DNA from: Pseudogymnoascus verrucosus
Taxonomy: Eukaryota
Assembly: GCA_001662655.1 (NCBI GenBank)
Contig: KV460242.1
DNA: 64,000 nt
Direction: 5' to 3' (one strand)
This document shows, piece after piece, positions 47,811 through 59,146 of this stretch. The number at the start of each line of letters is the position of its first letter. Positions within the stretch are counted from its first letter, which is position 1. The notes under the pieces are model-generated. The model was not told the origin of the DNA. It did no database searches and saw nothing but the letters and a program-made list of their open reading frames with translations. Both the position numbers and the translations under genes were made by a program.

Positions 47811-49536
47811 CTATGAGTATCTAAACGGATGCGCCTCGGTATTTAACACATATTCGTCCAGGCTGACCAACTCAGGCTCGCTGAACAACAGATAGAAGTA
47901 TTTCAACGTCTCTGCAAGCCAGAAACTCTCCATGGAATCTTCTTGGGTTGGGTTGACTTCCATCACATCTTTGAGCCTCGCATGTGCAATATCAGTCTTC
48001 GTGTGTTTTGTTATTGCCTGGAACATCTTCCATCCCTTGTCCTGCCACGACGGGTCAGCCGTGAGGCGGTACATGATAAAAACTGACTCTATCGCTTCCG
48101 GACGAAGCTGATAGGAAGAATCATCAACGGTGCGGAAGCCGTTCCCTGTTTTGGTCCAATTGCATGCGGTAGGGTTGTCGCATTTGTCGACGTGGAAGAT
48201 CTCGGGCATTATTCCCGATGGTGTGTTCTCGTACGCCCACACGCATCCATCGGTGAGCTTTTTTGCCATTTCCAGTTCATCCTCGGAGTTGCTGATCCGA
48301 GAACCAAGCCCTACCATCCCGCCAACGAAGCAAGCCAAGTGTTGGACTTCGGTATTGAGCTTTGGAAGTATTGAGTTGGCGTTGTACGTGCCGGAGAAGA
48401 GAATATCAGGGTTTTCCGGGAGCTTGGGTCTAAAGAACAGGTTCTTGCTAAATGTCGAGAGAGCAGTCCGATACATGTTGAGATACTGCTCGGACGAACT
48501 CGACGAGCGAACGAGTAGATGGGTTTTGGGCAGGTACTCATAAGCAGAGTCTAAGGGGTATGTTAGCAAATGGGTACGACCAACAGGTAGCCATCTGAGA
48601 CTCACCTGCAAAGGCGCCGAGCGTATACGAGCTGGTTGAGAACGCCAACTTGGGTCCCTTGCAGTCTACTTGCGATGGCCACATCCCAGGCAGTGAAGAT
48701 TCCATCTGCATATCGTCCAACTGATCTGTGATCTTTTGCACCGCGTCGGCATACTTTGGGTTTCCAGTGACTTGGCTGAGTCGAATAAGCTCCAGGCTCA
48801 AGCTTGCAATCTGGGCGACCAGCACTCCATTGTCACCCGGTAACAACCCATCTACATCCCTCTCCCACCAGTAATAGGGGACTGGGATCCCACTTTCAGT
48901 ATTAAATGCGCCGTAGAGGAAGTCTCCAAGCTCCGTCGCCTTTTTGAGGAGAATTGGGTACTTGTGCCCACTGATATCCCATGCGCCAAGCAACCCACCC
49001 AAATAACGAATATTAACCTCGAAAATAGGGACACGCTCAGCGTTCGGTTTCAAGAAGTTGATTTTCTCCAAGGCTTTGAGTGCATCCTCAAATTCGTCAA
49101 TCATTCCCATTATGTATAGAGAGTCCAGCCCGTCCACTATCGTCGCTGCCCAGCCGGCGAAAGGATCCTTATGCCCCCCCGACAACGGCATTACCTCGTC
49201 GTGGAGCCACGCATGCTTCTTATACCCCTTCCAAGCATGTGCAAACGCATCCTTGACTTCCTCCCGTCGTTGTAGTCGCAATTCCTTGGTGGCAGGGTAT
49301 TCAGATGGAAACGTGGCTTGTATGTTGTACTGCCGGATCTCTGTTAGGGCGGCAGTGGGAGATGGTCGTCCATGGAATGGACGCTCATGGGATGGGCGTT
49401 GGTGTGAGACATTCTGGTGTGGGAATGTGAAAAATAGGACAATTAGAATGATGGTGAGAACCAGATATCTAATCTTTCTCCGTTGCGACAGAATGCGCGA
49501 CTTGGTGGAGGGCGAGAGCGAGAGGTAGTGGAGCAT
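47811..49536 (-). CDS. GH47 class I alpha-1,2-mannosidase (type II membrane protein; intron 48551-48605)
   Basis: AFAHAWKGY..HDEVMP; ATIVDGLDSL; FEVNIRYLGGLL; GAFA|DSAYEYLPK; HLACFVGG; LRPEAIES; MESFWLAETLKYFYLLF; NTEAHP. Confidence 0.95.
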
Positions 49537-50102
49537 TGTGCCGGCTCGGCGCTCTGCCTTGCCTTTTATATTTATGGGTATCACAGCGCCGAAGCTGGTA
49601 GTGATATATTGGATAAGTCGACAGCAAGAACCGGCGCTGTGGTCATGGCGGAAAAAGAGGGAGATTCAGCGTGGTTGTGATGTTGGCGCATGTGTCCTAT
49701 CTTTACACTACACAGTGAGGGATTAGGACTCCAATCTGTTTCTTGTTGGATGCATGACTTACTACTGGTATTCTGAAAGAGTGACAAGACGAATCGGAGC
49801 TGTAAGTCGGCCAGATGAGGGATGTTGATGTTGGTCCCTGAATCCCTCTTGTCGCGGCTGTGGGATCCTTGCGAGGCTGGCCGAGCGCATGGTCTCACGC
49901 GATAACGAATAGCGCGCCAAACCATAGCTTGAACTTTAAACGCTATCGCCAGATAAACCCCACGGGGAACTCTCGACACAACATCAACCTCTCCAAAACC
50001 ACCGCTTCCCCGTTGCCACTACCCACATATTCCAGCTGGGTGTTTATGCTGTAACACCACCACTAGCGTTATTTCGAAATTGACCTCTTCCGTCGGCCCT
50101 TC

Positions 50103-50630
50103 ATGGCGTCCGATTCACGTCACCCCGCCATCAATGCGGGCAACCACAAGGGCTATATGGAATATGCACTCCTGCAGGCCCAGCTCTCGCCTCCAGGACC
50201 AACAAACTTTTGTGTCGGGGCCGTCCTCGTCGATTCAGACAGGAATGAGATATTATCGGCTGGCTACACGAAGGAGCTGCCAGGAAATACACATGCCGAA
50301 CAGTGCTGCTTCATGAAGGTGGCACAACAGCACAACCTCCAGGAGGAGGAGATAAGTCAAGTGCTGCCGAAAAACACTGTCCTGTACACGACGATGGAGC
50401 CTTGCAACGAGAGATTGAGTGGAAACCGGACGTGTGTGGAGAGGATACTGAGGCTGAACGGCGCGATTAAAGTGGTTTACGTTGGAGTTCTGGAACCAGA
50501 AAAGTTTATCGGACAGAATCTAGGTAGGAAAAAGCTTGAAGATGCAGGTGTTCAGGTTACGATTGTTGAAGGTCTCAAGGATCGGATTTTGGAGGTTGCC
50601 ACTGCAGGTCATGATAAACCGGCCGAATGA
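50103..50630 (+). CDS. Cytidine-deaminase-fold DRAP deaminase (Rib2 deaminase domain; riboflavin synthesis)
   Basis: NFCVGAVLV..GYTKELPGNTHAEQCC..LYTTMEPCNERLSGNRTCVERI. Confidence 0.85.
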   Translation: MASDSRHPAINAGNHKGYMEYALLQAQLSPPGPTNFCVGAVLVDSDRNEILSAGYTKELPGNTHAEQCCFMKVAQQHNLQEEEISQVLPKNTVLYTTMEPCNERLSGNRTCVERILRLNGAIKVVYVGVLEPEKFIGQNLGRKKLEDAGVQVTIVEGLKDRILEVATAGHDKPAE

Positions 50631-53600
50631 TGCCGCCCGACCATTATTACTGGAAGCTGGCACCGATTTGGAAGAAAATTACGAACCAGGCTTTCACTTT
50701 ATCGTATAAAATGGAAGTGACTGTCAGCGCCAAGTGATACTAAGAACTATGCTTGGGGTATTCTTCACGGAGATTCTACGTTGGCTTGGAGTCAAAGGAC
50801 CAGCCTCCAAGTTTGGCGTGTTAATCTTCCGTCGGATTACCAAGGGGTATAACTCCATCTTCTCGCTTCTCGAGGGTGGGAGCCTGGCTCTTCAGCCAGT
50901 CAGTGTTGCCGGGCTTGACACGAGCTGGATATCTGCCGCCTTGACATACCCTACTGCAGTTGGGCGTTGCTCTCAGTGACGAAGGGGAGCATCCGGTCTG
51001 CTGGGTAGCCAATGGCCAGCACAATGCCTTAAAATCCGAAGGGCCGAAAAGTTGGGGCTATGGTGAGGCCGTGGATTTGTAAAACTGTCGCCATACCAAC
51101 TAGTTTAGTATAAAATAAAACACAATCAGTTAGCATAGTTGATACTTCGCTCTAGAGTGTTTTATAAAACTTTGTGTAAGCTTTTAGACTTGAATGGTTA
51201 CTTGGAAATGGCTATTTATAATGCTAAAGGTTCTGATGTGATTTTTTTTCTCACATAGAATAAATATTGAATTATATATAATTTACAATAGACACAACAT
51301 GACCCGTATATTTTGATGACACGGAATAAAATAAAATAAAATATACGAATAAATTATGTATATGGCAGTAGAATTATATAATTTAATCATCTTCTCTCTC
51401 GTTCTTATTTGCAACCTCGCCTTCATAACCATTTGGCCATCACGTGACGGAAATGACCAAATCCGAAAGATGGCAAAACGTCGATGTGAGGATCTAGTAA
51501 ATATGATACCTATCCATAGGGATTAAAACATCGGTCACGTCTACTTGGATGTTATGTAAGAGAAACTTTACTTGAGGGTTCCTAGACATCCGAAATAAAG
51601 ATTCATTCAAGTTCGAAACTTCATCAATATCGAAGTTTCAATATGCCTTGGTATTAAGGCTCCAACAAGCCAACCATTCGAAGAGGATAAGGCGGCCTTT
51701 CACAAAGTTGCAACAATGCACAACTACCCCAGGACCCGCCTTCAGTACCAGTCAGTCGGCACTCGTGCGGCACGGGCGTTTGAAACGGCACATCTAATGA
51801 GGTTCATCTATTTCAACCCGGAAGAAGCCATTTCAGCCGTGATGAGGCTTGGGTTCAGGGCAACTGGGGATATCTGCCCCAGATTTTCCACGAGAGCAGG
51901 CTGAAATGGCGCAGGATGTGGCGGCATTAACAACGGGAAACATGCGCCGCGGTAAGTGGAGAATGACGGCCGTGGTAAGGCCGCAGGATGGAATCAGTGC
52001 ATGGGGACAGCTCCCTGGGGATTTGGGAGCAGTGGGAAAGAGGCGCAGTATACTGACCATTCTTAGTTCCTTAGCAAACAAACGGCGCCAGTTTGTCGCC
52101 ACGAATTCCTTGGACCGCGGAAATGAGGCATCGCAGACTCAAGCCAGACTGACACGGATCGCCGGGTGGAGATGGAGCCTCATGGCTCTGGAACATCCAG
52201 ACTCGAAGAGCATCCCATCTGTTTGTGGTTTTCGGAGATGTCACATTTGTGATGAGCGATTGTCAGGCCAAGGCCAAGTCGCAGCGACTGGCTCAGAAAG
52301 GACCCGACCCAGCGATTGACCGGACCCCGCCATGTAATGGGTATGGCGCGCTCCACGCTGGTGCGCCGGGCCTGGCAAACTTATCTCTGGTCTAGCAGCG
52401 CTCGGCTTTCTAGCACTGTCTCGGACGAAAATAGCTGGGATACGATGGTGCGTTCGCTCTAATAGCCCAATTCGGTTGTTCAAACGGATCGAAACAGATG
52501 GCTCCGTGCCTAAGACGGCCTCGAGTCCGAGCAAACGGGAGCTGGGCATCACAGTTGAGGGTTAGCATGGTTACCATGAGGCGGGCAGTTTCTCTCAAGC
52601 GTCGCTGGGGAGTCCCCTGTGTGCACTGGGGGATACTGAAAATCGCCGAAGTCTTCCCCCCCTCGTTCGCGCAGAGCTCGCTGCAACGCCGGCGCCCGCC
52701 ACTGTCTCGGGTATACGAGATGGTCTGGCCGCTACTGTACGAGTACCGCTGTGATGAGGTGGGAAGTGCTGCTATTTCCGGGTATACTGCAGGTACAGTA
52801 CCCACGGGGTTCGTGCTCTACATATTCCGTAGGCGAAGGAAACGCAGTTACAGTGCAGTTCCCCTTGCTTCTTCCTTGGTGGTGGGTGACATGTCAGGGA
52901 CGGAGATGGGATGCAGACGACTGGAATGTGTGTGAGGGGTCATGTCGGGATGGGATGGGGGGGTGATGACGGTGAGTGCGTGATTGTTATCTTTTGTACT
53001 ATTTTGCCCGCCATGGGCGGATACACTGGTGTGATTAGACTGGGCGGGCGCTGGTTGCTATGCCGGCGTGAAGCTGTGATGGTTCTGTCTTTGGCGTGCA
53101 TGTTCTTTAAATGAGATGTTGATTAGGTGATTAAGCTGTATGAGGATCGGCACCGTTGAGCGACAACAATCCACGTGCTCGACCATGATGTCTTGTCTCG
53201 GCAGTGCGACGTGGAGGATGAAGATGAGGAGGAAAGATGGATCTTGTCAAGGTGGCATGATGGGTTTCTTGGTACGGAGAATAATAACCTTTACCCCAGA
53301 GTATCAGGATCGGGAAGGGAAGGAAGGGACGAGATGGATTCTGTAGTATAAGATGAGAAGTCATATGGGATTTGGAGTTGATGGTGATGGCTGAGGTGAG
53401 ATGGGTGGTGGTAAGTGCATTCCTGCTCGGCGACAATAATAGAGAGAGAGTACTCACATACCCCTGCACGCATGTACAGTACAAATCGCTCGTACCATTG
53501 TTATTCTGGCGGGCAACGAATGGGGACCCTGATCAAGCAATCCTTTAATATCGCTTACCCGTATTGACAGGGATGAGGACAGGGGTGTGCCACGTAGAGA

Positions 53601-54770
53601 GACCACTTTCGAGGCACGCTAGGCAAGCTATAGTGGGCTCGATGGCGCGTTGCCATTGGTGTACCTTTCGACTAAACCACAACGGGGTTGGTGATTGGTT
53701 TGTGGCGGGAATGCGGCAATAGGATTGGTGCTGGTGGGGCCCGTGAGGGAGACCCATTTGCGGAGAAGGGAGACAGGGGGGGAGGAGATGGGTCTCTGGT
53801 ACGGATTTTTGTTCTTTTGCTTTTGTGCGCTGTACTTTCTCTCCTACTACCCAGGACGCAGGCTCCAGGACGCAGGCTTGGTATGGGACGCACGTGTAAT
53901 TTGACAATGTATTGTTCCCCCAGGGGGTTGCGCCGACGTACGAGGCGTTTGTGAAGGCGGGATACAGTACTACACCACAATACGACGAGTCCCGTAAAGA
54001 CAGACCAAGAGAAACCGACGATGGTAAGGCACAGACAGACACAGCACAGTCGTGTGGTCAGGCGATGGACCGAGAGCATACGCAATCGAAACCATCTGTG
54101 CGACTAGACGCAAGACATACACCACACACCACACGACGACAACGGGATCGGCTGTTGCACGAGTGTGGTCTGTGGTGCCGTGCGTGGCATCTGTGTGTGG
54201 TGTGTAGGTAAGAAAGAGAAGAAAGGATACTACGAGGAAACAGGAAACTCTCTCCCTTCGAATACTGCGCACTACTGCAGCGACCACGTAGAATTCACCG
54301 CCCAGCTTCTTTAACGGCCAACTTTGGACCCTGAGGGCTTGATGGCTTAGGTTAGGAGGGAAGTTGAGTAGGGCGGCCACTACGCGTACTAGCCACCACT
54401 AACCACTAACCACCACTAGCCACGGGACTAAGTGTACCTTAATAGCACTTTAGGAGATCAACACGTCAGATCCTCATTTCGCTGCTTTTACCGTACCCCT
54501 GTCCACATCTGTCCATCCCTGTCCACCCCTGTCCACCCCTGGTCGTTTGCTGGCCTTATTATTCGCCAATATAGCCATAGCCGTATTGTGAGCGAGTATG
54601 TGCAGTCTTCCAAAGATAGAGCTCACGTGATTGGCTAAATGGACAAACACTCTGCATGTACTTTTATGCGTGTTTACCGCCGAAGAGAGACATCCGCCTT
54701 TCCTCCACCCTCTTACGACTTGCAAAAATACTGCCCATCGCCGCCTTACGCCTTCTCCAGACTATATTCT

Positions 54771-54846
54771 GTACTCTACTCCGTACTCTACTCCGTACTC
54801 TACTCCGTACTCTCCTCTGTACTGTACTCCGTACTGTACTCCGTAC
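54771..54846. repeat. 12-bp tandem repeat (GTACTCTACTCC), about 6 copies
   Basis: Read directly from the sequence; followed by long polypyrimidine and CCATC/CA-rich tracts to about 55610. Confidence 0.85.
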
Positions 54847-56218
54847 ACACCCACAGTTGTTGGTGTGTTTTCTCTCTCTTATCCCACTTATCCCTTGGCG
54901 TCGTTGTTTGTAGCGCTTGTACTGTACATCCCATTTACTACCGCCAAGTACCCCTCTCTCGTACCTTTTCCCGCCCGTTCCCTTCTTCCCTTCCCCTTCC
55001 CTCCCTCGTCCCCTCCCTTCCCTCCTTCCCTTCTCCCCTTCTTCCTCCCTCCCTCACAGTCCCATCCATATCCCCCATCCCATCCCATCCCATCCCATCC
55101 CCCACCTCCTCCATCCACACCCGCCTTACTACTATCTGCTACCATCCTCCGTAGGTATTTCTCATGTACTCCCAACACCCTCTCCACCCACCACGCGCAC
55201 ACAATCCACACACAATCCACCCTCCTCCACCCTCGTACATGTGCATACACACCACCTACACACCACCTACACACACCTACACACGCCCACTTCCCACTAG
55301 AACACTCCTACCCACCCATACCCGTCTTCTCCTAACGGTACTTCACAAGTACTCCCACACCACAGCAACCATCTCGTACACAAACCACCCAAGCAATCTC
55401 CCTCTCCCTCTCGCGCGCCTTGGTTTTTGGGTCTCGCTCCTCCCTCTCTCTATTGATCGACGCCAAAACGCCAACGTGTGTACCTTGTCAACTCAATCCT
55501 CTCCCTCCACCCTTCCACTTCTTCTCCTCCTCTTCTCCTCCTCCTCCCTCTTCACGACTTCACCACCTCACCGTCGCTCTCTCTCTCTCTCCATCACCCT
55601 CCCGCATCGACGAGTTCCATCTCGGTCGCCCTTCAACCTCTCTCGATACGAGGCCTCAGGGAGTCCGGTGGATAATGGTACACGCTTCATGACATTAATC
55701 CAACCATTGCCAATACAACTACCTGTCGCATAAACCACCACCTCGAATCTCTTTGACGATCTATATCGTCTGTCACTCCTTTAGAAATCCGGTCCCATTC
55801 GTTGACCTTATCAAGTGAGTCCATAACTTATCTCGTCGCTGTGCTCAAATGAGTCTTCGTGGAAGCGTCAACAACACACAGTCCGAAGGATATATCCACC
55901 GGTCGGCAAATATCGTGAAACTGTGGTTGCGATAACCCTTGCCAGCCTCATTTGAGCCCTTACATGACTGGTGCTTGTGTGTGGATAGTTACTTACGACG
56001 CATCCATCCAGATACACTCACTACTGACATTTATTGTCATCTACACTCGTTTCAATCGATTTATCTTCAGCTGTCCGTCACCACCAGCGCATCTCGAATT
56101 GTCGTCGCCGTGCTGACCGTCCGTCTAGTTTCAGCGCCCAATTTTCGACGTATTCCCCTCGCAGTCTTCTAGCAATTTGAAATCGTTTACGCCATCGATC
56201 GATATATAAACCGCCATC

Positions 56219-58231
56219 ATGCACGCCAGAACAATCGTTGTGGCCGCCGTGGCCCTGCTCTCGTCGAACGTCATTGCACAGGACAGGCCCAAGTTCTACT
56301 TCCCGCGACAAGTCAAGCGTGAGATCTCCAACACCACGTCCAACTCCGTCGAAGATTCCTCGAGCTCCTCCACAAAGCGCGACCTCCTTGGCGACCTCCT
56401 CGGCGTTTTGACTGGAGGCGCGCCCGTCGCATCCGTCGCGCCCCCGACCTCCGTCGAGGGAGTTGCACCTGGGGTTGTCAAGACTATCATCATCTCCAAC
56501 ACCGTCGTTGTCAACGATGGTATGACCACCACACTGCCCCAGGCTCCTGCCTCGAGTGCCGCTGCCACTACGGCTTCGGGCGTCTCGTCTGTGAAGCCAC
56601 CGTTGATTGTCCTCCCAACCCTTTCCCTGGGCCTGTCTTCGATCTTGGATCCGATCCTCTCGCCTTCGTCCGCTACCGATGGTATTACCGCCCCCAGCGG
56701 TGTCTTGGGCTCCAGCGGTGTCCTCGCCCCCGAGCCAACGGCAACAACAACCTCGACAGACTCTGCCACAGAAACAGGAGCTTCCTCTCCGACTGAAACC
56801 AGCGACGCTGATTTCCAGACTCTTGAGCCCTCCACCTCGTCCGACGGCGGTCTCCTGTCGTCCCTCCTCAGCGGAATTATCCCCGACCCCACGGGCACTG
56901 GAACAGGCACTGGTGCCACCACGACGTTCGCGCCAAGCACTTCCACGGAAACCCCGACAGCATCATCGACCGGTCTGGAGAGCATGATTTCCAGCATCAT
57001 CTCCTCAGAAACTGCCGGACCCGGAACCGGAACTGGAGTTCCAACCACCGCGTTCCCAACAGCATCAGGAACCAACTCCACTACCATTCGTCTTCCACCT
57101 GTCGAGACGGGCGGCGATACCACATCGCTTCGCAACAATGGGACAGCCATTGTGCTCCCACCCACGACCACCCAGAAGCCTACTTCGCTGACGGATATCC
57201 CGACGACCACCCCAGCCGCCCCGACCACCACTGCTACTACTGAGGGTGTTCCAACTACATCTGACTGGGTTGGATCATCCATCCTGATCCAGACGACTCC
57301 GACCGGCCCAAAGCCAACCACCACCACGGCCATTCCCAGCGGAATCCCAAGCACCTTGCCTCAGGTAGTCGCGCCTCTTACCGGCGTGCCAACCGCAAAG
57401 GTGGGATACACTCTGATCCAGGTCGGGTTCACGTACGCGCTGAACTACGAATTCGTCGTTGCCAATTCCATGTCGTCTGCCCAGATCTTCTCATATCTTC
57501 CCAAGGGTATCGCATACGGACTGGAGATTAAGGAGTCGGACGTCATCATGCACAGCCTGCAGCCTTACGACACTTCCAGGAGTCTCGGATATATCACCAC
57601 GCTTGCTCTTGCATACATCCCTACCAAGGTGGTGTCCAACCTCGACATCATGATCCACGTCCCGGTGTCTCGCCTCTACAAGAACCCGTCTGAGCCTGTT
57701 GCCGTTATCATGAGCAGCATCAACCCTTCCATTCCCATCACCGTTGGCTCTGGCCTCGATGGATCCGACCCTGCAGTCCCTGCTGGTGGTGCTGGATCGT
57801 CTCCCACCCCAGGCGGTAACGATAGTGGTACTGAAAATGGTGGAATCTTCGACACCAACCAGAACAACCAGACACCGGGCGCCAAGGGTATGACTGCCGG
57901 AATCGCAACTGGTGCCGTCGTTGCAGCTGCTGCGTACGGTGCGGCCATGTTCTTCATTGCCCGCCGCTACAAGAGACGCAAGCTTTCCCACCGCCGCACG
58001 AGGTCTCTCATGAACCCCGGCGAGATGATGGAAGCTACCGGTGGCAGCCCGGCCCTCCCCGGTGGTGTCTACATGTCTGGCGGACGTCAATCGACTGGCT
58101 CTGGCGAATCGAGCTCCGATGCATCAGCCGACAGACACAGCAGAGGCAGCGGAAGAAGCGCCGGAAACTCTGCCAGGACCGCCCAAATCTCCGGACCAAT
58201 GATGGCAGAGAACTCCCTGGGCTGGAACTGA
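56219..58231 (+). CDS. MSB2: Signalling mucin Msb2
   Basis: Signal peptide; Ser/Thr-rich region; HMH domain LIQVGFTYALNYEFVV..SSAQIFSYLP; TM ending AYGAAMFFIARRYK; C-terminal ISGPMMAENSLGWN. Confidence 0.92.
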   Translation: MHARTIVVAAVALLSSNVIAQDRPKFYFPRQVKREISNTTSNSVEDSSSSSTKRDLLGDLLGVLTGGAPVASVAPPTSVEGVAPGVVKTIIISNTVVVNDGMTTTLPQAPASSAAATTASGVSSVKPPLIVLPTLSLGLSSILDPILSPSSATDGITAPSGVLGSSGVLAPEPTATTTSTDSATETGASSPTETSDADFQTLEPSTSSDGGLLSSLLSGIIPDPTGTGTGTGATTTFAPSTSTETPTASSTGLESMISSIISSETAGPGTGTGVPTTAFPTASGTNSTTIRLPPVETGGDTTSLRNNGTAIVLPPTTTQKPTSLTDIPTTTPAAPTTTATTEGVPTTSDWVGSSILIQTTPTGPKPTTTTAIPSGIPSTLPQVVAPLTGVPTAKVGYTLIQVGFTYALNYEFVVANSMSSAQIFSYLPKGIAYGLEIKESDVIMHSLQPYDTSRSLGYITTLALAYIPTKVVSNLDIMIHVPVSRLYKNPSEPVAVIMSSINPSIPITVGSGLDGSDPAVPAGGAGSSPTPGGNDSGTENGGIFDTNQNNQTPGAKGMTAGIATGAVVAAAAYGAAMFFIARRYKRRKLSHRRTRSLMNPGEMMEATGGSPALPGGVYMSGGRQSTGSGESSSDASADRHSRGSGRSAGNSARTAQISGPMMAENSLGWN

Positions 58232-59146
58232 ACATAATTCCGACAACCATTTCAACCAAATCTCATGCCGCGACATACGATACCCATCTGAGCGCCTGAT
58301 CTTGAGCCCTTGTAACATACTACATGACAGCTGATCGTCACACCGGCATCCTTTTCCTTCGTCGTCACAGTGGGCGGTTGGTACCCGCCAATATTCTCTC
58401 CTGCATCACCAAAGTTCTCTCGCCAACCTTCTTCGGGTGAGGGAAACGATGGGGGATTTTTGTACCTTGCGGAGTTTGAGGAGGTAGAATTGAGACCGGG
58501 TAGAAGAGGGGGCAAGGACGGCACGTTGCCAATTACATACCTGCCGTGTCGTGCCCTGTCCTACGAGGAATGAAAAATTATCTTTCAATTGTCCAGCCGT
58601 ACCTCTGTTGTCGACCGAACTCTTGAAGAAACAGGCCGTAGTAATTTAAGAATAGTTTCCTTCTACCTAAATTTAAGACTTGTATGTACATGAAGTTGCA
58701 ACTCACGGCTATCTTTGTGATATATATGCAAGTGTAATTAAACTGGATCCAATGTCTTTCATCTAGTGTATTTTATGTGAGACCCATTGATGGGCGCGTA
58801 TTTTCGTGGCTTGTGGTGCTGATCGTTTGTTTCGTGAGCAAGGCGTTGCTAGGTCAACCAGGCAACGTTTACCGATGTTGGAGCTTGGTTTATCAACGCC
58901 GGACCGCGGGAACCATCAGGACACTAACTACACCCATTGATATTACAACTTCATATCAAAAGTACACATTCTCTTTGCGAATTCTTGATTTGATCTACTA
59001 TTGAGTAGCATTATATTTCACCATCATCCAAGAAGACCACCATCACTCGCATAGTTTGCGCTGAACGCATGTGGGCTTCATAAACACAACATTCCCTCTG
59101 ACGAGGCACTCCGCATATCCGCCGCTACAACAAACCACAAAGCACA

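Noticed and set aside
51100..51400. AT-rich patch suggesting a small TE relic
   Set aside because: No TIR, LTR, target duplication or coding remnant was found.
54631..55733. Overlapping 130-230 aa Pro/Ser/His-rich ORFs
   Set aside because: They arise from low-complexity C/T-rich DNA that lacks stop codons, not from real genes.
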